DNA of 63,819 nucleotides, filler included, from Polymyxa betae A26-41 (taxonomy: Eukaryota; Protista; Endomyxa: Phytomyxea), in assembly GCA_003693705.1 (NCBI GenBank). It is 6 parts of 6 records of this genome, joined end to end, with 100 filler letters (N's around TTAATTAATTAA, not from the genome) between each part and the next. Parts side by side here need not be neighbours in the genome. Positions count along the whole stretch, not along the records: positions 1 to 18,173 come from RBZT01000163.1; 5 more parts are not named here. One strand, 5' to 3'. The notes below the pieces were generated by a model, which had not been told where the DNA came from, made no database searches, and saw nothing but the letters and a program-made list of their open reading frames with translations. Numbering within the stretch: position 1 is the first letter of the stretch; the number at the start of each line of letters is the position of its first letter. A program made the translations under genes and the position numbers. Shown piece after piece: positions 1 to 13,120 of this stretch.

Positions 1-15
1 AGTTGTTTACATTGC

Positions 16-1230
16 TTGCCAACCCGAGGAGGAGTACGAATACCCAGACCTTTGGGTGAGGCTATTCATGGGCACTCTCCCAATCAGGTTGTCCATTTAG
101 ATTGGCTCTATATTATGCCAGCTGAAAAGAAAGGCACGCATAATTTTCAGTGGAATCTGATCATTAGAGATGATCTATCAGGATACATCAGAGTGACGCC
201 GGCAGCTGTACCTGATAGTATCATAACAGTGGATGCTTTGATGGATTGGAGAGCTAGTTCACGCACTCCAGACATTATAGTAACAGATATGGCATCATAT
301 TTCATGTCAGCTGTAATGGAAGAGTTTACACTTCGGTGTAACATCAAGCCTCATTTCACAGTGGCATATGGTGACTACAGTAATGGTTCCATTGAGATTT
401 TCAATAGGCATTATCTAGCGCTAGTTCGCGCTTTGATATCTGAGCTACACTGGGAGAAGGCAGATTGGCCTTGGCTTGATAAGAACATTGAGCATACGAT
501 TAATCATCGTCCTCAGGCCAGACTAGGAGGAAAGGCCCCAGTGACAGTATTTACTGGACAACGCCCGGACAGCCCATTAGATAGTGTATTTGCCAGAGTT
601 AAAAATGATACACTTCAGTATGAGAGAATCCGCTAGATAAGCTTCTACAGGAAGTTAAGCAATTACAAGATTCGTTAGCACAGATGCATAGACGAATAGT
701 AATTACTTCAGAGGATCAGCGTCGAAAGAATCGCATTCAACTCGAATCTTTAGAAGAGAACCTAATTTTATAGTTGGGGACTTTGTCGTGGTTGGGGATC
801 CTGATCCTGTAAGAAGACCCGGCAGGAAATTGTTCTTGCTGGGGAGGGGTCCATTCCGTATTACTGACGTTAAGAATAATTATATCTTCGAAGTTGAAAA
901 TATAATAGATGGCGTCAAGAAGGTTATTCACGGGGACCGAATGAGATACTATGCGGATAACAAATTCAATATTACTGAAGAGATTAAGGACCAGTTTGCT
1001 GATGATAATGCAAGCTATGAAGTTGAGCAATTTAGAGATTGCCGACTTGACTCAGAGAGTCATTAGATAGAGCTGCTTGTAGATTGGAAGGGATTTTCCC
1101 AAACAGAGAGCAATTGGGAGCCCTTACAGAATGTCTGGAAAGACGTTCCTGTCTTAGTCCAGAAGTATCATAAGACTTTAAAGTTGTCTCTCCACCCTTT
1201 TGCAGACATGGTCCTAGAGAGTATTAAGAA
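16..1230 (+). mobile_element. Ty3/gypsy chromovirus pol 3' part (integrase core, GPF motif, chromodomain), degenerate
   Basis: Integrase core: VHLDW, RDDLSGY, IVTDMASYF, SNGSIE. Then GRGPFRI and a chromodomain-like YEVEQFRDCR...LLVDWKGFSQTESNWEP. Stops at about 634 and 1064, plus a frameshift. Confidence 0.85.
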
Positions 1231-1433
1231 GTGGACTTTGCTTTAAGTGGCATGCTTTTCCATTAAAGCCCTGATGGTTTTTAATGCCGCTGCTTACTGT
1301 AATGTCCCAGGTGCTTCTTGTTCTCGGAGATTGATTTAAGAGAAGAAGGGGAGTGTAGCAATATTGGATATTGTATGGCTCTAATTTACGCATACTCTGG
1401 CTATCAATCAACTCCGATGAATTTCTGGATTTA

Positions 1434-1982
1434 CTAAGGGCTTGANNTCATCTTCACTATTTCTTCGTGCAATCGTCTCACTCTTGAACGACAGATTGCC
1501 ACCCTCGATATTAGAAACGGATTGCAGTTTTCCGGATCACGCAATGAAGCGGTCGAAAGAACCGGCCGCTTTGTGAAGATATCCATAACGGGACCAGCAC
1601 GATTCCGTTTCGACGCATTCGTCATGGTGATGTGATCAGGCGTCCCCTCCGGCAGCATGTTGTAATCAATGAACGCCATTATAGAATCGGCGCTCATTGA
1701 CGGGCAGAACTCTCGAGGAGCCCTCTCGCTTAACATAATTAAGGACTCAAAATCTCCTATTCTTTTTAAGAACATATCCATGGCTTTATAATGCGATTGA
1801 TACTTCTTGATGGAATGAATAGTCAATGGACGCGTTCCGAATAGAGATGTGTCCTCCTGAGACCACTCCAACTGCTGACGCTCCATACCCAGATCTAACT
1901 GCTCGGAGACATAACGCTCCTGCTCCTCAAATAACAGATCCATCGTCCGGGATGATGATACGCGATCACGTCGAATCTCCAC
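1434..1982 (-). pseudogene. Fragment of unknown protein, possibly the N-terminal part of a Crypton-like tyrosine recombinase
   Basis: 182-aa ORF with YQSHYKAMDMFLKRIGDFESLIML...CPSM. The resemblance is recalled, not tested, and no catalytic R-H-R-Y residues are visible. Confidence 0.25.
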
Positions 1983-2259
1983 TTGAAATAAGGCACAGGG
2001 GCCGATCCAGCGTCAGCTCGAGACAGCGGAAGCTGGGCAGTAATAACGTCCGCGCAATTGCGTAGATTAATCCGAGGGGTCCCTCTCTAATTTTTCTGAT
2101 CTCGGAGACTCCATCCCTGCGCTTAAGGACCCTGGGTTCAAGAGGGTTCAACCGGGGTTCAGCCACATTCTAGATAGGAAAAGAACTTTGTTTTAAATAC
2201 CGAACGACGGTCGTAAATCGGATTGTGCGCAATTTAGTGCGCACGGATGGTTTGGGATC

Positions 2260-3060
2260 TCAAATCTGATACATACCCGAGCTTTCCACTGCTTCCTCCA
2301 TCATGGGCGATTATACATAACTGGCATGTTATTTCTTCTGCCTCTAACGGAAATATCACTTTTTTCTTATCTGTGACTGTTCAACCATCTTTATCTATTT
2401 TTCGGCGGTCTGTATTTGATAGCCATTTCTTTTGAATTTTCTGTATTCCATCTAGAGTAGGCCATACAAACTCGGGGTTTTGTAAAGGTCTAATCCTCTG
2501 GTCATCTGGGACAGTTACTGTGCGCACCTTGCGGACTAAACGATGCGAAGAGCCTTCTTCATCAACTAGTTTAGCTCCCCATTTTGTCATCAGGTCGGCC
2601 CAAATGTTTTGTTCTCCTTTGATGTGCTCGATTTGATAATAAAATCGCTGCATATCAAGGGCCCATCTCTGTAGCTTCTGTGCCGTTAGTTTTTACACAG
2701 TGGTTGGTGAAAAGATCTGTAATAAATTGTTTTGATCACAAACAGCTTGAATAGCCGTTTCATCTGTAATAAATACTCCAGCTTTTGCATCGTATCTTTG
2801 ATAGCGAACCCTTTTTTCTCATACACACTCCAGTTCATTTCGCATGAATTGAACCGGTGGCCAACGAAACCCAGTGGTTTCATGCCTCTGGAACCATACT
2901 GGTTTAATTATGTCTTCAATTGGAATCTGAGTCATCATTTCGGATGTACTCGATTCATTGGCGTTAGTAAACATTCACTGCACCATAGCATCTCTTGGAT
3001 ACGCCAACTTGACGTTGTTAGCGATAGCTGTCTTCAGTAACTCGAAAGTGAGAGCATGCT
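2260..3060 (-). mobile_element. Ty3/gypsy RNase H and integrase-proximal fragment, degenerate
   Basis: Motifs PLGFVGHRF...NWSVYEKKGFAIKD and YQIEHIKGEQNIWADLMTKW; broken by stops and frameshifts. Confidence 0.8.
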
Positions 3061-3176
3061 GCGGGCTCTATCCGTACTTGGCATGTCTAACCTGCCTCTC
3101 AGCAAACGCAGCTAACATATGTGATGAGCTAACTGCATATCTGTGTGCGGGTAAACTCGTCGATATCATAGTCAAA

Positions 3177-3350
3177 GTGAGTGTACGGCAATAGCCTGTC
3201 ACCTCAATTCTCACTGCATCGCAAATGGAGTGTACGGCGGAAGCCGCTCGCCTGAACTAATGGATGACCCTCATTTTTACTATGAATCGAAAAATTGAGT
3301 GTACCGCGGTAGCCGGTCGCCTGAAATAATGAATGACCCTCAATTTTTTA
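3177..3350. repeat. Imperfect direct repeat, about 70-bp period
   Basis: GAGTGTACxGCGGxAGCCGxTCGCCTGAA...ATGACCCTCA occurs near 3228 and 3297, with a partial copy near 3178. Confidence 0.7.
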
Positions 3351-3873
3351 TTGTTTATTGTGTTTAGCTTTATTTATGTTGGCCATGAAGAGAATGAATT
3401 GTGTTTTATTCCCAGCTCGAATCCTAGCTTCATTCAGCTCAGTCCGTACGGACTCCGCGGGAGTCGAGCCCATTAATATTACGTACGTCTTCATACTTTA
3501 ATCTTGTTCGCATCTTTGTTACGCATCAGATTTATTCGTGAGTCATCAAGGCTTCTCTGCGTGCGCTGATCTTCAATCTGCGTACTCACTTTGAAAAGCG
3601 ATTTGTGACGACCTGGCGATTCAGTAATGTCACAGTGGCTCGAATGACTGGTGGTGAATTAGTCAGCTCTTAGTATGCTTTGAATTCCTGATTCATGGAT
3701 TTGGATATAAAAAAAAATCACTTTTATTTTGAGCAGAATTCGTCACAGAGATATCTCTTGAGCTAAGGAAGTCGCCGTTTTTGGAATTCGATATCAGCAA
3801 CGTGAGCCAGGACCCGGCCGAACACCCGTTGACTTTTAATTTGTTTGAGCCAAGAGTCAGTTTCCAAGATAGC

Positions 3874-5460
3874 TCAAGAGGGGATTGAAGTGGAGCACCG
3901 TAATTGTTCCAGGAAGATTCGACGCCGTAGGTCGAATACACGGCAGACGATGTCTGGGCGATCTGACGGGGTGTGGCCCAGGTCGAGCTCCCGCGTGATC
4001 TCAGTCCAGTTGGGATTACAGGTGTAAGTGATGAACAGGTCAGGCCGGCCGTACCTACTTACCATTGACATGGCGTCGTGGTATTGCTGGAATTGATCGC
4101 GGGGCGATCCGCTGTACGACGACGGCAGGATAACCCGTCGTCCGATATCGTGCAGGTCGGCGTCCCCATCACGGACCTTGTCGAACCCACCTTTGTTGGT
4201 GTGAGCTCGCAATCGGGACTGGTTAAGGCGGAGAAAGTCCAGTCGACAGGTCTCCAGCGTGCAGTACGCATCGACCAGCCACTGGTGGAACTGTCGACCG
4301 AAACGCATGATGTGGTTCCCGTCGCGCACCATAAGACGATACCTGCAAATACCGGAATGAGGAACAATGTCGGAAGCTCGGTGCGGTCAGACCGGAAGTA
4401 CTGCAATGGAGTCACAGTCCGACGTGCTCAGCGACATGCATCCGCGCCATCATTCGCATGATGGTCGGCAACATTCTCGTCTGAGGGCTGCTCCAGAACA
4501 TTGCAGTTATCGTCACGTCCACGGTCTCCCCCTCAGGCATCCTTGTGGGCGCCCCCAACCCTGGCTCTGCGTTACAGAAATAATATATGACAGCACAGAA
4601 ACGAAAACGAAGAGAAATCTTACCGCGCTGCCGCTGATATTGTTGCGTGCGGAATTCCAGGATGATATCCAAGCTCGCCGTGCGGAAACATTAAGGGGAA
4701 CTGCAGCGGCGTATAGATCTGATGAAGGTGAGATATCCGCCGCAGCCCACTCCCGCGTCCCTGAATGTGAATGTCGCGCCGAGTCGGTTCATGAGCATCG
4801 CCGACCCCGGGCATAATGATGGCGATATCGTTGGCGGTTGGAAGATCGTTAACGCCGCGGACTGCACTGGAACAGCTATCGTCCGGTGACCGCAGATGAA
4901 GGATCACATCCGGTATCTGTTCGCCGCGCGCTGATGCCTCACGGACCAGGTCACCCGCATGCAGAAACTTCCGGGCGAATGGATTCACGCGGTTGATCGT
5001 GTGGCCGATCTGGCGACACATTTCCAGCAGACGTGTGCGATCATTGTCGGATTGGCCGGCGGCTGACCGTCGCCCAGACAAAATCCCCAGGAGACTCGCG
5101 CGGCAAGCGGATCACTTCGATCCTGTTGGACGGCATCTTAAAGATAGACTTGCGTGAACCGCGGAGTGTCGTCGTCGCCGGCCGGTTGCCAAGGCCCGAT
5201 TCGGTGGTGAAATTGCCCACTGAGGATGTAGCTGGTCGGACCGCGGCCTGGAATGCTGGAAATGTTGGCGCCGACGGACGTGAGGGCGAACGCGCCGTTC
5301 AGCGCCCGCACGTTCCTCATGAACAGAGCATGCGAAACATGGTCCGGTTCAGGAAGTCTGTGATGGGGGAACGCAACGGTCGGCATTGCTGGAGGACGAC
5401 TCGCCCCTTTGCACAGCACATCTGGAACTGGGGATCCTGACGTCGAGATGAAGAAACCCG
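3874..5460 (-). mobile_element. Helitron RepHel N-terminal/Rep region, intron-containing pseudogene
   Basis: Motifs FMRNVRALNGAFALTSVG, PRFTQVY, YTPLQFPLMFPHGELGYH, GRQFHQWLVDAY and LPSSYSGSPR...DAMSMVSRYGRPDLFITYTCNPNW. GT-AG introns at 4343-4392 (50 nt) and 4567-4623 (57 nt). Two in-frame TGA stops. Confidence 0.92.
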
Positions 5461-5749
5461 CTCATCTAGCCACATAGATGCGTGGCAATCTCGGCAAATA
5501 ATGTTCTTGGTCGGTAAGCGACGGCGACCTTGAACAATCTGTGCTCCTGGCTGGACTGGCTCTGGGTCGGGCGGCCTGCGATAAATAGCCGCATTCGTTA
5601 GACGATTCGTATTATTAGGTCAAGCCGTGAACGACGGCTGTTGCCGCAGCAAGACGGGCATCGCCGCTGAGAATGGCTGTTGCCGCCGCAAGACGGGCAG
5701 CGCCGCCCAGTGCATCGATCACTGGGCGCCGGATTGAACGTTTTCAGGG

Positions 5750-7735
5750 ATGTTAACCTCAGTACTACCTACTCTCGTCCAACTTAATACCGAATCAGAA
5801 ACCCGCCACCAACAAGCTGAGACCGATCGCCGTCGGCGAACCATTCTACACGGTTGTGGCGAAATGCATCGCATGAGACGGCCGTACGCGCGGCGATCTA
5901 AACGTCAGGCAGCTCGGAGTCGGCACGACCGCAGGCGTCGAGCCCGTTATCTGGAAAATTCAGGATATTGTCGACGACCCCACCCCCCATGGCGCTATCA
6001 TCTGCATCAATCTATCCAATGCCTTCATCACGATCGATCGGAAGCATCTGACAGTGGCAGTCGCAGACCTCAACCCAAAATTGCAGAGAGCGGCTGGCTG
6101 GGCCTACGGATTCCCCTCGTCACTCTTCGGACGCAGCCCTTCTGGCCGTTACGAAGTCCTCCTCGAATCCAACCAAGGAGTCCGCCAGGGTGACCCGCTG
6201 GGCCCATTGTTCTTCTCGTATGCTTACCGGTCTCGCATTGAGCGCCTCTCGGCGTTGGTGTCGGCCCACAACGCCGAGGTCATGGCATACCTGGACGACA
6301 CCTTGATCTGGATACCGCACAGGCGGCACGACCCGCGCTCGTCTCTCGAACAGGCACAAGTCATTCTAAACTGTATCCGGTCCGAGTACATGTCCGACCG
6401 TACAGACGGCCTTAACCTCAACATTTCCAAGTGCCATATTTACACTACCGACGATTTACGAAACAACGGGATCGAAATTCTCGGTACCTATATTGGGTGC
6501 GAAGAGAACCGTCGTCGTTTCCTCAACCGCAAAGTCAAGAAAGACGACCAGCAGCTCCGACGGGTTCTAGAACTTCCGCGGCAGTGTGCGTTTGCTCCTG
6601 ACTCGATCGTGCCTCGCCCCGACACTCACCCACCTGTTGCGCACTCTGGAATCGTCAGGCTTGGAAGCGATATGGTCAGAGACGAACTCCGTTTTCGCTC
6701 GGGCTGTCCAAAGACTCGGGTCCATCGGTGCGGAACCAGATCTGGATGACTGCGCGCAACGTCTGGTAACGCTGCCGTTGAAATTCGGCGGGCTCGGTTT
6801 CCCGAACTTCCCCGGAATCCTCCAACATGCCAAACGGGCCTCCCGCGAGCTTTGCGAAGCAGTCGCTCAGCACATCGAGCTTTTCCGCGAACGGCCTTCT
6901 GCCGCCGACCTCGAGTTCATATCTCCTTCCCGCAGCCCATCTGACCTCCAACATTATCAACGCGAAGAGGCGGACGAACTCCTGAACTCCCTTGACGACA
7001 GACGCCGGCTAGCGATGATCGAGAACGCCTCGCCTCTCGGATCCGCATGGCTACGGATGACTCCATAATACCCGTCTCGAAAGCTCACAGACCGTCAAAT
7101 CAGCAGCGCCCTGCAACTCCGTCAACTCTTAACAGCGCCGTCCGGATCGTGCTCCTCCTGTAACGAACCCGAGTCCTTCTTACACGCAGAATGGTGCCAG
7201 ATCAGAGCGTCCGGACCGCGAATCGCCAGGCACAACATGTTTCGTGACATCCTGGCGGATCGTGTGTCCGCGCTCGGCTCCAAGGTATCGCTCGAGCCCA
7301 CAGCTGACGCACCGGGCTCCGATCCCAAAAGCCGTGGGGACATTCAAGTGAAGGGACCGGCGGCCCCAGACGGCGTGGCAGGGGTCATCGACATTACGTT
7401 TGCGGCACCCGTGGCACCCTTGTACCTGGAGCGCATCAAGACAATCATCAAACAGCCAGGCGAACCGACGGCAGAGTGTGCGAGAAGACAGCTTGGATAC
7501 CTGCTTGCATTTCGAGAGAAGGAGAAACGCCTTCAATACCGCAATTGTTTTCGTGACCCTTTTACAGCTATGGGGTTCAGCACTGGGCCGTTTCCCTTCC
7601 ACTAGATCTAAGCAGTGGCTCTTACGCCTGCAGACTACCACGCGACGGTCGGAGTCCTTTACATTCGACCTGAATGCGGTGTTGGTGCGGGCCAGAGCGG
7701 CAGCCTTGAATTAAAAACTTTTTCAATAAATCAAT
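5750..7735 (+). mobile_element. Non-LTR retrotransposon, CRE/R2-like (RT plus C-terminal restriction-like endonuclease), 5' truncated and frameshifted
   Basis: RT motifs QGVRQGDPLGPLFF, AYLDD, GLNLNISKC and LPLKFGGLG. Zn-knuckle CSSC...H...C, then RHN...EP...RGDI...IDIT. AATAAA at about 7725. Confidence 0.9.
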
Positions 7736-7939
7736 AGAGAGAGAGGTTAGAGATTCGCAGCTCAGTGGCGCAATGTCAACTCTTATCATTTTTCGTGGAA
7801 TGTTGGTTAGTGGAAATAAAAAAATAATTTGGATTTTTTATTCAGTTCGTTTTTTTACATACTCCTTGGCACTGTCAGCGAAACCCTAAATTGCAAAATT
7901 CGCGGTCAACTTGACATCGGCCGTACTGTCTCTTCAGGA

Positions 7940-8530
7940 TTCTGTCCTCGCAACTCCTCCTGTTAAAAGAGGAATTTGCATTTTTCAATCGTAACGTAGC
8001 CATGTGTCGTACTCGCCCGCGCTGCAACCTCCTCCCGAACAAACCACCCCTCTGACGAATTTTTATTTTTTTAGTGTAACATAACATCCGTGGCGGAGTC
8101 CGTGACACCTGACGCAGTGACAGACTGTGTTCGTGCAACTCCTTTCGTGAAAAGAGGAAGATTTGCTTTTTTCAAGTGTAACTGTATGGTGGGTATGTTC
8201 TGAAAAAAACATTATTTGACCGTGGTTCGAACCTGTGACCCTGGAGTCAGTGGTGTACATGCCCGCTCTGCAACCTCCTCCCGATCATACCCCCAGTAAC
8301 GAACTTTTCATAATTTGTAAAATAAAGTCCGTGGCGGACTCTGTGACACCTGCCGTACTGACAGACTTCGTCCGTGCAACTCCTCTCTTGAAAGAAAATG
8401 ATATGCATTTTTCAATTGTAACGTAAGGCTGGGTCGTACTCGCCCGCATCCCGATCATACCGTACCCCAGTGACGAACTTTTTTCATTTTTTCAGGGTAA
8501 CATAATGTCCGCGACGGAGTCCGTTACCAG
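7940..8530. repeat. Degenerate tandem repeat, about 190-240-bp units
   Basis: GCAACTCCT...AAA...GATTTGCATTTTTTCAA..GTAAC occurs three times. GTACTCGCCCGC and TCCGTGGCGGAxTCxGTGACACC motifs also recur. Confidence 0.65.
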
Positions 8531-8851
8531 GTCGTACCGTCCGCTCCCAGTCGCCATTCCGACAGATGTGGTAATACATCTTCAGGGGGGCGGGCCAGAC
8601 CGATGAAGCAGCAAGCTCGCACGACGATTAATTCCCCCGCGCCGCCCCGGTCTTACGCCCCCTCGCGCAGCCCCGTTGCCCCCTGGCGACGTACTTCCCC
8701 GTCACGGACCCCGCCACGGAGTCCGCCTAAGCGAAACGTTGCTCAAGTCGCCCGACGACTGGCCCCAGTCACCGGCCTGACTGCGCGCAAAACACTATTT
8801 TCTTTAGAATGTAAAAGTTTAATCGCTTAGAAAATTTTCAAAAATGCTTAA

Positions 8852-11400
8852 GGGATCGTCTGGACGCCACGGAATAATCTGATAATTGCGATATCACGAT
8901 ATTTTGCGATGTGACAAATTTTTTCGCCAGGGTGTTTGGAAAGACGCAATAATGCAATATTTTATCATGGAAATATTGGAATCAAAGTATTCTGCTCCGG
9001 ACCTGAATACTTAATATTGAGAATTGCGGCGCATGTTATTGAAAGAAGCGATATGAAGAATGAGCGAACTCGAGCGTCATGGTCCGAGGAACAGGACGTG
9101 TGCTGGATCACTGAGATGGTCCACCAGGTCTAGGTCGCCGTGCTCAGTCTGGTTTCAAAAGATAAGCTTGGGAAGCGGCCGTGCAGAAACTCAATTCTGA
9201 ATTCAAGCTCTCTTATGATCGGGATCATTTAAAGACCCGAAAAACCCAGGTTCATCCTATATAAAGACGTCTACTGATAGGCTAGTCTCGAATTTGAGTA
9301 ACTAAAGATTACAATATGGTTCGATCTATCAATGGAATGAGCGGGTTCGGGTGGGATTCTTCTCGGCACATCGGATCTGCTTCAGATTCAGTTTGGGCAG
9401 ATTACATCGACGTATGTCCATGTCAGGGTTTCTTTGCAAAATTGATCTAGATTTGTAGAAACTTCCGAAAACAAAGAAATTGAGAAGTACACCCTTTCAT
9501 TTGTTCCCTTTGCTTGACAGCTTTACGAAGACACTCTAGCGGTCGGAGCGTTTGCGTTTCCAGCTGCCTCTTCGACCGGAATAGTTGCTGTCCCTTCTAA
9601 ATCGCCGTATTTAGGAATGATTCGGATGATAATGCCGAAAAGGAGCCGCTGTCGCCAAAAGAATCTGTGGAGGCAAAAGGTTTGAAGACTCCGCCTTCAT
9701 CTGCCATTTACGCTAAGCGAATTCGCCCAAAATGAATTCGGGGAAACGGAGCAAGAAGACTTGCATCTTCATTGTTCCAGATTGTCAAGAACCGACTTGC
9801 TGTAACGAAGGATATTATAATAAACTAAGGTGTAAGAAAAATACGATAAGAGGGAAAGAAGAACAGAAAGAGCGGCGACGAGGGGCGAGACTAAGACGAA
9901 ACGAGTGACGAGAAAGTTGATTCAAGAACGGCGTTGACCGAACTGAGCTAGCCCCAGTTCGGTCGTGTTGCACAGGCTCTGTATTATCATGTCGTCACAA
10001 GAATGCAGTTCCTGGAGGAAGCGGCTGCGCCTGCTTGCAAACATGACACAGATGAATCGGATTTATGTGCGACTGTATGTCGTACAACCCGGTTCCCGTA
10101 TCTAAGCTCAAGCTTGCAGGCTCGTGGTCACTAATGTATCAACTGTAATCTGCCCACATTTTGGTTGCGATATCGTCTCGCATTTGTTTTGCTTTGGGTA
10201 CGTGACCAAGTTTCGAAATCGTTTCAATTTCTACTAATGTATCGACTGTAATCTGCCCACATTTTTGCTGCGATATCGTCTCGCATTTGTTTTGCTTGAC
10301 CCGATTCGGCAGCTTCTTGAGTCCCTTTACTGCATGGCTCACGATGATTACCGTCAACCCTAAGCCAGTTGTAATGGTCTTTTTCGCCGCCGTTCCTGCG
10401 AATAAACTTATGCAAACCAACAATACTATTTCCAATGAAACTTGGAAGTCATTAGGACACAGCATTCGAGCAGATAAAACAGGGAACCGTTTTTTCAGAG
10501 TCCCAAATATTCGCTCTATAGCGCTCCTGAGACTCGGAGGTCGTAAATTGAAAAGCTCCGTCTACTTTTGTATTTTGATGTATGTTCGCAAGGCCATAAA
10601 CAACATACTTTTTGCTACCCTTAGCATACTGGCTCAGATGATATCTCACACCGCGATATGGGGTCAGCATATAAGGGTTAAAGCGAATCCGGCGTCACCC
10701 AAATCGTAGAAGCCTTCATCCACCCTATAGTCTTTAGAAAAAACATCTGCCATAAGCTTACCATCGGCAGCAGTTCCTTCCCATCCTGCTAAAACATACG
10801 TAAACTGTAAATCGAACGAGCCGGACGCAAGGACGTTCTGAGTATGTCCTTTACGTCCTCTATATGCATCGCATTTGCTTGCTGGAACCCATACAGGAAG
10901 ATGGGTTCGATCTGTGGCCATGCGGCACTTTGAGAAAGAAGGGGAAAATTTAGGATTAGAGGCAATTTCCTCTGGACAAAAAGTTCCTGGTTCTGGAATG
11001 GAAATGTACTTTCCAGCCAGCTTGAGTATAGCGTCTACAACTGCATACAGATGCCTTATGACTTGTAATAAGCATACTCAATATCAAATTGATTTGCAGA
11101 CCATTCACCTGGTTACTGTTTCACCCGAGTGCTGAAAGCGCTCTTGAAGAGTCCAACTGGTTGCCCTTTGACGGCAAACACGAGAAATATCATTACCTGT
11201 TCTTTTTGCGACACGTTTGCTGTCGGGATCAGGCCACCCTCTGTGCTCAGCTGCTTAACAAATTTCGCAAAAACGTCATGATCCATCCGATAATTCTCAA
11301 TCATTCGCTCGGAGTTGCCATTTAAAAGTTCGATAGCCCACATTGCACCTGTCAGCCGAGAGTCATGTTTCGGTTGCTTTTTCATATAATTGGAGCAATA
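8852..11400. mobile_element. PIF/Harbinger element 1: decayed Myb/SANT ORF (+) convergent with DDE_Tnp_4 transposase pseudogene (-)
   Basis: TAA followed by a GGGATCGTCTGGA candidate TIR. Myb-like RASWSEEQD. Transposase motifs YRMDHDVF, DRTHLPV, TQNVLA...FTYVLAGWEGTAADG, YDLGDAGF, LTPYRGVRYHL and MRDDIAAKMW. Confidence 0.85.
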
Positions 11401-11639
11401 AAATGTTATAAGCAGGGATTGGAAAATAATTATTTATTATTGTTCTTGCAATTTTGAAAATATAATAATCTATTGGAGAGGAACATAGAATAGAATAATT
11501 TATTCTTTTTTGTTTCGGGAAAAATAAATATTTGGAATTATTCCTTACTATTATTTAATACTCTGGTCAAGGAACGTTGCGGTGTCCGTGACGCAGTTTG
11601 TCGGTCATTCGTCTTCCTGTTCGTTCAAAGTAAGCATCA

Positions 11640-13120
11640 TGGTAGCCACGAGCAAACAGCTTGTTGAGAAATACTTTGACTCCAAGAGGGTTACCAACGG
11701 AGCTTGGAAATGTCGATGCGGGAAAAGGCGCAAGAGGGCCAGGATTGATGAATCTACTGGATCATATCAACCGTGACCACGCAGACACTGTTAACGAAGC
11801 GAAGCCACCTTCAGATTCCGTACCGGCATTTTTCCGGAAGAAGGAAATCAATGCTTTCAAGTAGATTGTATGGGTGGTTGAGGATCTGCTACCTTTCCAT
11901 TTTTGCGAAAGCCCCAACGCTCGCCTCCATTCCAAACTGGAACCGATCGCTTCAAAGACCTTGAAGTTGCATATGTCTAATTTGCGGATTTTGGTAAATC
12001 AAAATCCGCGAGATTCTGCCAGATCAATTTGCGATTGCTTTTGACGGGTGGACAGACTCTTCAACTCATTTTTTGGCTGTTTTCGCAATATATGCGGATC
12101 ATTCGGTTGAATCCGGCTTCTCCACGATTCTGCTCTCGTTTGCTCCTCTATCTGATGAGGAATCTTTTGATGCTCGGACTCATCAAAAAACTTCCTCAAT
12201 ATCGCTTGCATTATCGGGGACAATTGCTCAGTCAAGAAGAATCTATCTCAAAAGTGCAAATGTTATCTGTCGGATGCGCAAGCCACCGTCTTAACCTCGG
12301 CGTTCAAAAATCTTGCTTCCTTACTCTGACTTGATCGAGTCCGTCCGTTCAATAATGATTGCGGTTCGTAAGATCAATGCACGAGCTGCTCTTCGGGGGA
12401 AAACGCCGCTCTCCCCGGTTCTGGACAATGCCACGCTGGTCGTCGCAATTTGAAATGATAAAAAGATAGTCTGAAATTCAGCCATTCATCAAAGACATTG
12501 TTCCAATCGAGTTGCAATTATCGCCATGTGACAGCGCCTCCATTGAGATTCTACTGTCGAAGATGAAGCAGCTAGACAGGCTGGCAAAGTTCTCTCAATG
12601 CGAAGACACTCAAATGCATCAAGTCCGCGAATCGCTTGACAAATCGATCGAGCTTTTTGACTTCTTAAGTGAGCACTGCTCTCCATGGTCCGATATTGTT
12701 TTGGAACCAAAATTCGAAGCGGCCGTTTTCCAAATTCAACGGCCTCAAATTCGTGGGGAAGCGCTGAAGCTGCCTCCGCAAGATCACACTGCGTCGCTCA
12801 CTTTAAAGCATTTGAAAGCTCTGACCGCGGCATGGATGCCAAGTCGCTTGATGACGAGTCTGCTGACGAAATGGCAAATATTCTGCGCTGTGTGAAACGC
12901 AAGAAAGTAGAATCTCCTTCTCTCGATATATTGATTGCCGCTTCATTCGTCCAACGAGCAATCTGTGCGGACGTATAAATAGCGTCTCAACTGGCGCTTA
13001 ATCATAACCTCAAAGTTTTGTTGCCAGAAAGCCTCGAAATGGAGATTTTACTGAAGCTCAACAGACATTTGTGGGACATCGAGCTTTTTCATACTGAAAT
13101 ATCTCTGACAGACGGTTAAG
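11640..13120 (+). mobile_element. hAT transposase pseudogene
   Basis: BED-finger remnant WKCRCGK...NLLDHINRDH, WVVEDLLPFHFCE, FDGW, the C(2)H motif GCASHRLNLGVQ, and a dimerisation-type tail LEMEILLKLNRHLWD. Confidence 0.8.
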
